From contig CAUYUJ010000334.1 in assembly GCA_963575745.1 (NCBI GenBank), forward strand, positions 1 to 64,000: a stretch of DNA of 64,000 nucleotides. The letters are read 5' to 3'. The DNA comes from Prorocentrum cordatum. Its lineage: Eukaryota. Below are positions 1 through 12,671 of the stretch, one piece after another. The notes under the pieces are model-generated. The model was given only the letters and a program-made list of their open reading frames with translations, was not told the origin of the DNA and searched no databases. A program made the position numbers and the translations under genes. Position 1 is the first letter of the stretch; each line of letters opens with the position of its first letter.

Positions 1-1460
1 AGGAGGAGGAGGATCGGCGGCAAGCGAGGGGGGGAACTGAGAAGGAGACGGCCTTCTCAGAAGGCGGCGGGGCTCCTCAGGAGCCCTGGCGCCTTCCGAG
101 AAGTTTCCTTTGTGTCCTCGGGGCAGGCTTGGAAAACTTCTCGGACGGCCGGGGAAGACTCCCGAGTCTTCTGGGAAGGCCCGCCCCTTCTCGCTTCCCC
201 CCCCCCCCTCGCTCGCCGCCGGTACAGTCCCCGCCTCGGACGGGGGTTGCTGGAAGGTGCCCCTGGCCCAAGGTGCCCCTGTCTTCTCTCGCTTGCTCTT
301 GGAGCCCCTGGGGCCCGCTGGGCCTCGTGGGTGAGGCCGTGGGGGCCTCCTTGGAAATCCTGGGGGCACCCCGGACCCTGCAGCCTCCGAGGAGACGGGC
401 GGCACTCCTTCCACAATGAGTTCTGCACGCGCTCCGCTGCTTCGAGCGCAGACTCATCGACGATCTTTCCCCGAACCACGGCGTGCTCTGCACGCAGGCA
501 CTCTCGGAGCTGCTGGCCCAAATCGTCAGACCTCCTGAAACGCACAGCATCACGACGGACAACTTTTGCAATTTCCGGCCTCTGGGGTTCAGACCTCTGG
601 GGGCCCACGTCGTGAAAAAAAACATGACATCGGGGGTCTGGGTATGGTGAGGAGCTCTTGCTTAGCGCGCCGCGGCGGCGGCCCCAGCGACACGCCATGC
701 CCTGCGAGCGGATAGGGTGTCGGGGCGGCAGGCTGGGAAAGGCTGGGCACGTTGACGCTTGTGAGCTGGGGAGGTGGTCAACGTGTGGCGCCGGAAGCGC
801 GGTGGGCTGGAAGCGGCGGAGCGACACGCAAAGCAAACGCTCGTGACCGTGCTCCTCCTTCTCACGGTCCTCCCCCTTCCCCTCGTGGCGCAGGTCGAGG
901 TCCGCCGCGCCCGCGCGCGCGCTGCAGGGGGGTGCCGCGCGGGGCTCTCGTCTTGCTTTCGGGAGCAGAGGCGGGGTCCTCCGCCCCCCCGAGCGCCTAC
1001 GGGCTACAACGGAACTCGAGATGGAGGGCTCTTGGCCGTTGTCGGCCTCTCGGGGTCCTCCACGGGTCGCAGGGTCGTCAGGAGACGGCCAGGGATGAAG
1101 AGCCAGCCCCTGGGAGTGGATCGAAACCTGGGAGGGGGTCCGCGTTGTGAAAAAGCACTGCGTTGGAGCTCTGGGCCTCGTGGACTCTGGCTCGCTACCT
1201 TCTCCTCCCTCACCTCCTCCGCTTCCCCTCCTCCCTCCTCCACGCTCTCCTATCTCCCCCGTCCCCTCCCCTCCTCCATCTCCATCCCTCCCTCACTTTC
1301 TCTCCATGTCTCCATGTCTCTCTCTGATTCTCTCTCTCTCTCTCTTTCTTTCTTTCTTATTTCTCTCTTTATCTCTCCCTCTGCTTCTCGCCTTTCTTTT
1401 CTCTCCTCTCTCTCACATGCGCACACTGATTTGTCATTTTGTAGTTGTTGTTGTGATTGT

Positions 1461-1493
<33 letters not shown>

Positions 1494-1514
1494 AGTTGTT
1501 GTTGTTAGTATTAC

Positions 1515-1551
<37 letters not shown>

Positions 1552-2879
1552 ATTATTATTATATGTTTTTGTTTTTTCCTTTCTCCCTCTCTGTTTCATT
1601 CGCACACACATACTATCTCTCTCTTTCTGTCTCTCGCTGAACTTGCCATTGTCAGAGCTCGCCGTTTCTGTGCTGAACGATACCCATTGCTACGCTTCTC
1701 CTCCTCCCTCCTCCTCCTCCTCCTGCTCCTCCTCCTCGTCCTTGTCATGCTTCCACCCCTCTTGTTGTTTGCTTGTCATGACTATCTGGCGGCACAGCGT
1801 ACACACGCTCCTCCCAGAAGTGGGTATCATTGAAGGAGGACGCGCAACTCGCAAGAACGGCCGTGCAAACACAAAACGACGCCAAACACGATACACTGTG
1901 CGAACCGATGCCGTCTAGCAGCTGCCACTTTCCCGGGCCACATCATCTTGCGAGAAAATCGCACAGCAGCGCCGGGAGTCTAGCACGCAATTCGGCGAAG
2001 CATGCCGCCTGGGGGATCACACGATCTCTCTCTCTCTTTTTTGTTTTTTTTGTTTTCTCTCTCTCTCTCTAAATAAATATACATATATATATATATATAT
2101 ATACATGGGGGGATCACGCGATCTTTTCTCCGAGCCCGGCTGGTTGAATTCAGCGAGGCGGATAGCGGGGCGCGCTGAAGGCAATACCACCGAGCCCTGT
2201 CGATGAGCGGCAGCCGACGAGCGGTGTGCGCGTGCAGCACAACAAGGACAGGCACGACGGGCGGGCGCCTGCACGCCCAGGCGCCCGCACAGGGGCGGAG
2301 AGCGGCAAAGGCGGCAGCACACCGTCGAAGAGTGCTGGAGCCATCCCAAGGCGTGTGAGGCCGGGGAGGCCGGCCGAGCCTGGGCTCGGACAGCGGCGCC
2401 ACGCCAAGCCGAGAGGCGAAATGACCGCCAGCAGACTCCAGGGGCGGCGCACGTGACGCGGTGTCCAGGGAGGCCGCTGGGCCATGGTCCGGACAGCAGC
2501 TCGCCGAGGGGCGGAAGCGTGTGCTCGGCTGCGGCGTAAGGTGTGGCGCCGACCCCCAAAATGGACGACCTGGAAAACCAAGGCAGAGAACAGAGAGAGA
2601 GAGAGAGAGACAGAGAGAGAGAGAGAGGGAGCAACGCCGGGGGACCCAGGCGAACCTGGAACCTGGAGGAGGAAGGGGGGAGACAGCAACGACTCGACGA
2701 TCAGGAAGAGAGGGCGAAACAGTGGGGGAAAGCCCGAGGCGCGGGCAGAAAAAGAGAGAGAGCAGAGGTGCGACGCAAGACGGCGGGGGAGGTGAGAAGA
2801 CGACCCACCCGGCGGCGCAACCAAACGAGTCGGGCCGGCGGCGAGGGGATCACACACACGCGTGCTCTCTTTGACTCTC

Positions 2880-2912
<33 letters not shown>

Positions 2913-4519
2913 TTCCCTGCATACATGTACATTTACACATCTGCATGAACAATTACATGTTAGCATGCGTTGACCCCAGAAAGTGTGTTCTAGCAAGCTA
3001 TGTGGTGCAACCTATGTGTTGCAATCCATGAGGTGCAATCTATGTGGTGCAATCCACTCTGCTGAACTTGAAGTCGTCATCTCCACTGCTCGCGCAAACA
3101 TCCCACCTACCCACCCGCAACTTGGTTTGCAAAACCTCTTAAGACCGACTGCGACGACACCGACGACAACGACGACGACGACACCGACGACGTCTCCGAC
3201 GACTTCGACGACGACACCGACGCCGACGACGACGACGACGACGAAGTCGACGACGACGACGCCAACGAAGACGACGACGAGGGAGGAGGAAGGACGACGA
3301 CGGCGACAACGACGACAACGACAACGACGAGGGAGGAGGGAGGACGGCGACGACGCGAACGACGAAGAAGGAGGAAGGACGGCGACGCCGACGACGACAA
3401 CGACGAGGGAGGAGGGAAGACGACGACGACAACGACCTGTCCCTCCACAGGAGGGAATATTCAAAAATAGTCTAAAAATAATCAGGGGATTTTTTTTTTC
3501 ACTATTCTTGACCATTTTTGATCTTTGTTGGCCACTTCTAATTTTTCGCCCAAAATCCCCCTGAAAGGGGACAGGCCCGACCTAAAGCTGGGTCGAGGGT
3601 CGGTCCGTGCTGGAGCTTCCCGGAACACGCTATCGGAGCGTGCTGGAACGCCCTGAGGAGGACGCGGCGCCCGAGGCAGCTTCCGGAGCCGCCGCAGCTC
3701 CGGAATCCTCGCATTTTATCCTCGCCCGATGTGATCCTCGTCCCGGCTTTGTCTTTGGGGCGGCTGACTTTCAAAATGTGACTCTCGCCTGATCGCTGCA
3801 CACATTCGTTTAGGACGTTTCCAGCAGCTTCAAGAATGGAGGGTGGCTCTCACCTTAGCCCCGCGCACATGCAGCTCAAAACACTGCAACAATTTGGGAT
3901 CTTGGTATGGTTGAAGCACCAGGAATGGTGTTCCGGCGCGGCTTAGGACTGTCAGGACGCAACGGTCACGACGATTCGCGGTGTTGGAATCCCCAGAGCG
4001 GTTTCCTGGCACGATCTAGGATGGTCACGGCGCAACAGTCACATGGATTCGCGGCGTTGATATGCTCATCATCGTGTTCTGGCGCGAATGATGATTTTCA
4101 GACGGTTGTCTTCCAACGTGGCACTTCGCCCCGTGAAAACAAAATTTGGTGGGGACCAATGAATGGGGACCAATGAAGAGGAACTTTGAGTGAGGGTCTA
4201 TTGCAACATCGCTGATGCGTCTTATGTTTGCATGGGTCCTGGTGTCTCTCCTCCTCAATGGCTTGCGCGTCGGCTGCGCGTGCGGGGTCCTTGTTGTACT
4301 GCTGCATGAAGTCGGCAGCAACGTCGGCCTCAAGCCGCAGGGGCGCGAGCCAACAAACAACGCAGAAGCCGGGCGTGCCCATCTCGTCCGCGTCTCCTTC
4401 AAAATCGTGCTTTGCAGCCAGCGCCCCGAGCGGGGCCCGGGCCTTCGTGCGCCGACCCCGGCCTGGCCTGGCCAGGGCCGGCGTGCAGAATGTGTAGCAA
4501 GTTCGCGTCGGGACAACCA

Positions 4520-4683
4520 TGAAGGGAAACTGGGACACACAAATAAATACACACAAATAAAAAGATTCCCCATATTTTCCCATATTTTCTGGGTTTTTGT
4601 CTTCCCCGCCCAATTCCGATATTTTCCCATATTTTCTGGGGAATCGACGATTAATTGTGTCTGTGTGTTTTTTCCCCTCCTGA
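4520..4683 (+). repeat. Dispersed repeat of about 165 bp (GGACACACAAATAAA...CCCATATTTT...CTCCTGA); other copies at 10562-10660 + 11241-11293 (split) and 62426-62590 (-)
   Basis: Direct alignment of three copies by eye. Confidence 0.8.
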
Positions 4684-5639
4684 AACCAGTGCGCTGGGCG
4701 CTGGTTTCAGACACTGCATCTGGAAAAGGTGCTGTTCACACTCTGTGGGGCGCCCCCAAACTCTGGGGGTTGGGTTTTGCTCCGACTTTGTCTCTCCTTG
4801 TCCGACTGTGTCTCCTCGCTCCTGCCCCCTGCCTCCGTCTCCTGGTCCTCCTCCCTGTCTCTTTTCCTGGACGACCGCGGCCTCCCGATCGCTGAGCATC
4901 GGACCAAACAGCCATGGCCCGTCTCCTTCATGCAAATCCTCACTCCCTCCATTATGCCTCCTCTCCCCCGTCCTCAAGCGCGCTGCTGCAGAGCAGTCGC
5001 TCATCTGCGGCCTTCCTCCTCCTCCTCCTATATCCATCCTTCCCAAATCTTTTTAGCCCCCGACCCTCGAAAACAAAAACATCCTGCCAAGAGATCGGCA
5101 GGGAGCACATGCCGAGAGTCGTTGTCCCGGATCGAATGGGGCACTGGGTGCGTACCACCATCGCCAACAAGACAGCACTGCGACTTGCGCGCTCTTTGAT
5201 CCGTGCGTGACATGAACAACACTGTGCGTACTGCCCCCCAAGGCGGCCCGAAAAGGGCTCCAAAACGACCCCCAAGATGGCCCTAATATGCAGGGCATGC
5301 TGTTTTTTGTGCTAAGCGTGTATATGTATGCATACACATATAAAAAATATGTTTATACATGTTTACACATGTGTGCGTATAGCAACTTCCAAGCCGAGCT
5401 TACACATAGCTAGCCTCAACCTCGCACGTGGCGTCATAACCACATGGCATGCTTATGATTCGGTGAATATGTGTATCTGTGTCTGTCTACATGTTAGACA
5501 CGCAAATGTGGCACGAACCACGAAGCACGAGCACATGCCCGCACATGGGCACCGTCTGGCGTGCTGCGGGTGCGGCGTCGGAGCGCCGGAGCGTCCGAAA
5601 GCGAGGCCTGATCAGACGTTGCCCGTGGAGCTGGAGATC

Positions 5640-6690
5640 ATGCCCTTGAGGCTGGAAGTCGAAAGCTGGAGGTGGAAGCCTGGATGGTGGTAGCTGGCGG
5701 TGATTGCCGTGAATCTGAAGCTGAAGGCTGGGGGTCGGCCGCATAATGCGAGAGATCGAGAAGTGGAGGTCGAAAGCTGGAGGTGAAAAGGTAGATGTTG
5801 TGAAACTGTCGGTGGATGGTGGGAGTCGGAAGTTGTACGCTGAATGTGGGTCAGCGAGGTGGAAGTCGACAGGCGGAGGTCGAAAGCTGGATGTGGAAAA
5901 TTGGAGAGTCAGCAGCTGTGGGTGGATGCTTGGAGTCGGAAGTTGGAAGCTGGATGCCAATAGCGTGAGGTGGGAAGCCGAAAGGTGGAGGTCGAAAACT
6001 GGTTGGGAATCGACAACGGTTGGTGCATGGTGGAAGTCGGAAGTTGGAAACCGGAGGTCGGTCGGATGAGGTGGAAAATTGAAAGGTGAAGGTCGAAAAC
6101 TGCGAATGGGACATTGGGTGTCATCAAATGTTGGTGGCTGGCTGAAGTCGGAAATTGGAAGCTGGCTGCCGGTCAGGTGGGGTGGGAAGTCGATAGGTGG
6201 AGGTCGAAAGCTGGAGGTGGAAGAATAGGAGTCGAAAGCTGCTGGTGGGTGGTGGAAGTTGGAGCTTGCAGCCAGGAGTCAGTCAAGCGAGGTGGGAAGT
6301 CGATATGTGAAGGGCGAAAGCTGGACGTGGAAGATTGGGAATCGACATCGGTTGGTGGATGGTGGAAGTCGGAAGTTGCAAGCAAGAGGTCGGTCGGGTG
6401 GGGTGGGGAACCGACAGGTGGAGGTCGACAACTGGAGGTGAAAAGTTGGGAGTCGACAACTGGTGGATGGTGGGAATCGGAGCTTGGAAGGTGTAGGTCG
6501 CTTTTGTGAGGTGGAAAGTCGAAAGGTGGAGGTCGAGAGCTGGAGGTGGGAGATTGGGGAACGACTGCTGATGGTGTATGGTGGGAGTATGGAACTGGAA
6601 GCTGGAGGTTGGTCAGGCGATGTCGAAGCTGGACGCTGGCATGGTGGAGCTAACAAGCAATGTGAAAGACGGGAGCTGGAGGTGCAAGAC
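5640..6690. repeat. Degenerate GGAAGTCGA/GGTGGAGGTCGAAAGCT satellite
   Basis: Recurring 7-20 nt G-rich motifs. Confidence 0.7.
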
Positions 6691-6739
6691 CGTCTGGGGC
6701 GCTGCGGGTGCGGCGCCGGAGAGCTGGAGCGTCCGTGAT

Positions 6740-7985
6740 CGTGTTCGATCTTGTTCCAAAGTTCTGTTGCGGCAGTATCCAATATATCATCCGTATTAAT
6801 GAACCCATTACCCATCTGACTCCCTGCGTGGCTTCGACTGCGGCGTCCATTGGATCACCTGTCGGATATACTTAGTGCTCAATTTCTTAACCCATTTCCA
6901 TTTCCGTTGCTTCATAATGGGAACCCAATCTTTGATCCACAGCCGCTCAATTGCCGCCTCTGCGTCGTGGGTAGCACGTTTGATCCAATGTACCCAAGGC
7001 TCCAGCGATTCGGGCGTTGTTTCGTCCTCGTGCGTCGGCGGTGTTGTGGGCGTGTGGTCTGGCGTCGTGCAGTCTCCTTCGTCCTTGCTGTCGTCGTGCT
7101 GGTGGCTGCTGTCTTGTCGGTTGTCAGAATTGGTATGGGTCTGATGTTGCGCCGTCTGGGAATTTGCATTTGCTGCGGTGCGTCTCGGCACTCGTACGAT
7201 CACTCGAAGCATCTGTCTTTGCGTTCGCCGCAATCGGTTTCCTAGTTCACTCGTGAAGGCCCAAGCTTCGCACCCGTACAGAATCGTCGGCATTATGGTT
7301 CCGCTGAAGAGTCGTAGCTGGTCAGATCGTGAATACCTTCTCCCCGTGAACTCGTCCTTAGGTGCGTGGAACTTCCGCCATGCCGTCGCAATGCGGTTTC
7401 CAGCTCCGTAGCGTGGGGCGTGCTGTTCTGTAGTTGCCGACCTAGATACTTCGCCCCGCGGCAGGGCGGTATAACTTCGATCTTCATGCCGAGCGCGTGC
7501 ACGTAGTCCTGGGCGCGTTTGCGACGCGGTGGTCGGTGGCCGTTGTGCATGATTTCTGTTTAGTCGGGGCGCAAGTCCAAGTCCGCCTTGCCCACCTCCG
7601 TGATCGTGTCCGTGAGCATGTCAGCAAGGTGGTTGAATGACCCAACGAGAAGCAAGATGTCGTCTGCGAAGCGTAAGTTGGTGAGGCGGCCATCCGCGTG
7701 CACTTTCAGCCTGAAGCCGTAGTTCTTGGAAGCCCATTTCGTTGTGGCGCGTTTCGGTACACTCCCCGATGACTAAGGGGGTCTCCCTGTTTCATTCCTC
7801 GTAGGGTATTGAACGGCCTGCTGGGGCGGTCTGCGTGGACTAATGCTGTCAGCTGTTCGTAAAGAAGTTTTGTCAACACATGTATCTCTGGTCTGGGCGT
7901 GTTGTGTTCTGCCAGCGACTCCCAACTTGTCATGTGTGTGATGATGTCGAAGGTTTTTTTGAAGTCCACGGCGGTTTTGTCAAGA
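6740..7985 (-). pseudogene. Decayed 5'-truncated non-LTR RT fragment (RTE-like)
   Basis: Motifs VDFKKTFD, GMKQGDPLS, LTNLRFADD (7660-7685), KYLGRQL, ILYGCEAW and LEPWVHWIKRAT are spread across several frames. Confidence 0.85.
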
Positions 7986-8635
7986 CACGCGTATGTATGT
8001 ATGTATGTATGTCTGTCTGTCTGTATGTATGTATGTATGTCTCTATACACATATGTAAGTGATACAACTGTGCATGCAGATTTGAGTGTATGCATGTGTG
8101 CCGATATAAGCACACACACACATGTCTATACAAACATGTACACACGCGCATATCCTTGACATACTCGAACCACGCGCGCGCGCTACGCGCGCGCTTGACT
8201 TCTAGTCAACTCCCATGGCAGGCATGCGATTTCGGAGGCCACGAACGCGGGAATAGGGGCCGTCGGCGTCGACGTCGCCGTCGCCGTCGGCGTCGTCGTC
8301 GGCATCGTCGTCGTCGTCGTGGTCGCGGTCGCGGAAAAGAAAGAAAGAGATGGGAGGGAGGGAGGTACGGAAGAAGGGAGGCAAGGAAACAAGAAAGGCA
8401 ACAACAGGGATAGCGGGAAAGGGAGCTGGGGATGAATCAGCGGATGAGTATGGGATTGCTCTTCCCCTTTTCTTCTCCGCCTTCTCATTTTTGCCAACCA
8501 TCCGGTGTTGGGTCCTCGTTTTGATGAGACAGCGCCCCGCGTCACTCCTCCTCCTCCTCCTCTTCTCCTCCTCCTCCCCCTCCTCCCTTCTGCTCCCCCT
8601 CCTTGCTGCCTCTGCCCTCCGCATGCCAGAGTTTT

Positions 8636-9045
8636 GGCACACCCCTCAAACATTTCGTGGCCCCGATGGGAGCTCCACCGAAGGCCCCTGGGGCAGGGTT
8701 CGCATGGCGCCACCGCGCCCAGTTCGGCACACCCCTCACACGTTTCGTGGCCTCATAGGGAGCTCCACCGAAGGCCCCAATGGCAGTGGTTTACAGGGCG
8801 CCACCGCGCCCATGTGGGTACCCCCCCCACACGTTTCGTGGCCCCATAGGGAGTTCCATCGAAGGCCCCAGGGGCAGGGTTCGCATGGCGCCACCGCGCC
8901 CGTTTTGGCACCCCCGTCACACTTTTCGTGGCCCCATAGAGAGCCTCACCGAGGGCCCCAGTGGCAAGGTTCGCATGGCGCCACCGCGCCCATTTCGGCA
9001 CACCCCTCACCCCTCAAATGTTTCGTGGCTCCACAATAGGGAGCT
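8636..9045. repeat. Tandem repeat of about 90 bp (about 4.5 units); decayed relatives at about 48990-50040
   Basis: Unit cacccctcacacgtttcgtggccccatagggagctccaccgaaggcccc...cgcatggcgccaccgcgccc. Confidence 0.85.
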
Positions 9046-9130
9046 GCCCCTCTTTACCTGCATTGCGGTACTCGCACCCGCATATGGCTGGGCCCTTTGC
9101 GTAGATAATTCTTAGAGATGATGATGCTGC

Positions 9131-9197
<67 letters not shown>

Positions 9198-9972
9198 CGA
9201 ACTTGCCTAAAATCTAATCGGTGCAGAATTGTCGGTGTCAGCGCCGGGCGGGACGATCTGGAAATTTCTGTTTACCTGTACCCCCGACGTTCTGATTCTT
9301 CCACGACGCGGACACCCGAAGGTTTCAACCCCTTCTCGGGGTCACGATTTGAATCCCGAGTCGTTTTTTGACGGTCCCGCGGCCCAGTGAGGGCCCCCAG
9401 AGGTAGAAAACCTGTCAAAACCTCCGTCGTGTCTTTGTTCACGTCAAAAACCTCATTCGTGTCTTTTTTACGACGCGAGGGGGCTTGGGCATGTACATCC
9501 TTTATCTCTTCGAGAGGAGCCCTCAGATCCGACGTTACGAACACATTGCAACATCGCAACAAATCGCGACCGTAGCCCCAAACTCCATCTTTCTGCGGCA
9601 TTCTTCGTGCCGGATCGATCTGTTATAGTCCTGGGGCCCCGAACTGGGAGAAGATTTGGACGCCCGAGTTGGGTACGGAAAAATTGGTCACGATGCCCAG
9701 CAACAACAATTGTCCCAAACCGACCGTGGCCGCGGTTGGGCAGGCGGCCTTCTGTCTTAAATGGACAACGGCCGCGGCGACGCCGACCGACAGCGAACTC
9801 TGGTCACAACAAACACGAGCCAATTTGGGTCTCTGTAGGACATTGTGCCTTACTTCTGTACACATGTAGGGTGACAAACCGGTCCCAAGGAAGAGGTCCT
9901 TCGCGCCGCCGCGCTGGTCCCGGGCAGGCTGTGCTGCCCGGCGGCGGGGGAAGAGGAGGGGAGAAGCAGGCA

Positions 9973-10026
<54 letters not shown>

Positions 10027-10320
10027 GACGACGACGACGACGAACGCGCAGGCGGGAGGTCAGGGCCAGCGGGGCGTGCGTGTAGGCCGTTCTCGTCTCG
10101 ATCGCTCCGTGGATAGAGAGGCCTCCCAGATGGGGTCCGAGTAGATGGGGTCGAGGGATCGCGCCGCCTCGCCAATGCATCGCCGATGGCTCGGCGACGC
10201 AGCGGCGACGTCGGCGTGCGGAAACACGGGCTCCACGTCGAGCCGCCCCGTCGATGCATCGACGATGCGGCGCGAGCCTCTGACCCCACCTACTCGGACC
10301 CCATCTAGGAGGCCTGGAGA

Positions 10321-10404
<84 letters not shown>

Positions 10405-10405
10405 T

Positions 10406-10436
<31 letters not shown>

Positions 10437-11870
10437 ACTCGCAGGCGGGAGGTCAGGGCCGGCGGGGCGGGCGGGCAGGCCGTACCCATGTCGATCGCTC
10501 TGGGAACGCGCCCCGTGTGAAGCAGCTGCAGCGCCCAGACCTCTGGGAGCGCACCCCTGTAAAGGGGCCCAAGGACACACAAATAAACACACGCAAATCT
10601 CAAGATTCCACATATTTTCTGGGTTTTTGTGTCCCCCCCCACTTCCCATATTTCCCATATTGTAGTGGCCTTCGGCCAGTGCCGCCGATCCGGGGCGCTC
10701 CGACTGATGTGATCCTCCTTCGCCCTCGTCCCTCCTCTCTTTTCCGTTCCTTCCCCCTTTCATTCCGCATTTATCCAGTGGCCGTCGGCCTATCCCACCA
10801 CCGTGCGTGGGTGGTGGGTCAGAGGCCTCATGGACGCTGGTAAGGATATCGTGGTTGGCCAGGACCTCTGGGGGCCTCTTGGAGGCCTCTTGGGGCTTCT
10901 TGGGGGCCTCGTGGGCCTCTTGGGGCCACTTGGGGGCCTCTTGGGGGTCTCTTGGGAGTCTCTTGGGGCTTCTTGGGGGCCTCTTCTGGGCCCCTTGGGG
11001 CCTCTTGGAGGCTTCTTCGGAGCCTCTTGGTGCGGGAGGGGTGGCACTCGAGTTCGGACCCCCCTCGGAGGCCACGATCCTTGTGAGGGGTGTCAAAAAA
11101 CGCATCCGCCGGAAACTCGCCCCCCCCCCCCCCCACCCCCCCTTCCCCGGCAGAGCCACCCCGGCAACCCCCCCGGAGGCTGAGGCTCAGCCTCGAGGCT
11201 GTAGCTGAGACTCCTTGTAACTCACACGCCGGATCGGCGGATTTTCTTGGGAATCGACGATTCATTGCGCCTGTGTGCTTCCCTCCCTCCTGAGTGAACC
11301 AGCAGTAGCGACCAGACCTCCGGGAGCGCAACCCCAGAGAGGAGCGGCGGCGGGGCAGCATCGGGGGCGGCCTGGCGGGGCGCCTGCGAGACGAGGAGCG
11401 CCCCGGGCAGCGCGGCGGCCAGCCTCCACGCCCGCTCCTCGGCCAGCTCCCGGGCGTCGGCGGGGCGCTCCTGGGCGCTCTCCTGGCGGGCGGGCGCCGC
11501 GCGGGCATCAGCGTCGCGGCGGGGCGCATTAGCGTGGCGGCGGCCTCGGCAAGGAGCTCGCGGCGGGCACCGCGCGGAGCGCGGGAGCGGGTCGAGGGCG
11601 CCTGGTGAGGAGGAGGAGGAGGAGGAGGAGGAGGAGGAGGAGGAGGAGGAGGAGGAGGAGGAGGAGGAGGAGGAGGAGGAGGAGGAGGAGGAGGAGGAGG
11701 AGGAGGAGGAGGAGGAGGAGGTTGAGGAGGAGGAGGAGGAGGAGGACGCCTCGGATGACCTGTCATGCAACCAACAACGGGAGCATGGGCCAATCAGATG
11801 GGCCCAGCTCGTTTACCGTGGATTCCCAGGGGAAAAAGTGACGGGAAACAGAGCGGGCCAAGGAAACTCA

Positions 11871-12086
11871 TCAAAACAGTTTGAGCTGCTGGCCATTCTT
11901 GGGGTTCTTACCCGCCTTGATGGCCTTAATAGCATGCCTCTGCTTATACAGTGTGGGGGGGTGCTGAGAAGGGCCCAGGCAGCAGCCTCCAAGCTTCGAG
12001 TGCCCCGCACGCCCAGCATTAAGCTGGTACGACCCACACAACGTGCATACCATAGCACCAAGATTCGAGAGAATTCGGTGACCATC
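11871..12086 (-). CDS. LINE-A ORF2 C-terminal Cys/His domain, separated from the rest by the transposon
   Basis: Reads DGHRILSNLGAMVCTLCGSYQ...KLGGCCLGP...IKAGKNPKNG. Joins ...SDDIVEL (codon 24082-24080) in frame after excision. Confidence 0.85.
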   Translation of the reverse strand, partial: DGHRILSNLGAMVCTLCGSYQLNAGRAGHSKLGGCCLGPSQHPPTLYKQRHAIKAIKAGKNPKNGQQLKLF

Positions 12087-12295
12087 TACTTGAATCACCG
12101 CCCTCTTTGCTTTGCACTTGGTGCGCTTGTAAGTGGATGTATCTTGGCTTATAACATGCACAACGCAACTTACAAGTACGCTAACTTCGCAAGCAACCCA
12201 TCTATTCATATGCAAGTGCACATAAGCACATGGCGCGGTTATGTAACCGCTCGCGTCCCAGCAACCTGCTTTTAACATCTTAAGGGCAACACCAT

Positions 12296-12365
12296 CAAGT
12301 AGGTTAGTGTGGTTAGCACCAAACTGGTTAGCGAGGTTGGTAACCTGCTTAGGTAATCTGCTAAG
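12296..12365 (+). repeat. Left subterminal GGTTAG motif cluster of the transposon
   Basis: caagtaggttag, ggttagc and ggttagcg occur here, inverted relative to the CTAACC cluster near the right end. Confidence 0.6.
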
Positions 12366-12671
12366 TCCATTTACCCAGATGTGCAAATAACGGATTTCTA
12401 TGTTTGGTTCCGTGATTATGCTGATCCTCGGCGCGAAATCCATGTTGCTTTCTGCTGATTTGGATGTTCGCCAATGTGTTTTTTGTTTCTGATTTGGTGG
12501 AAACTGTTAATCGTTTCTGTGTTTCTCGAGGAAGTCACCGAAGTTCGGCCGCCAACAACCCTGCTGCCATCATCGCGTCGGTGCTATAGCCGTTTTAGCG
12601 GTTTTGCCTCATCCACATACCGTTCCCTTTGATACTTCGAGACGCATCGTGATTTTGAGTGTCCATCACGC

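Noticed and set aside
3600..4440. Coding-like fragments (AKHDFEGDADEMGTPGF..., TPFLVLQPYQDPKLL)
   Set aside because: Interrupted by stops and repeats; no family recognised.
12089..12443. N-terminal part of ORF 11871..12443 (-)
   Set aside because: It lies inside the transposon left end and is only fortuitously in frame with the LINE C-terminus.
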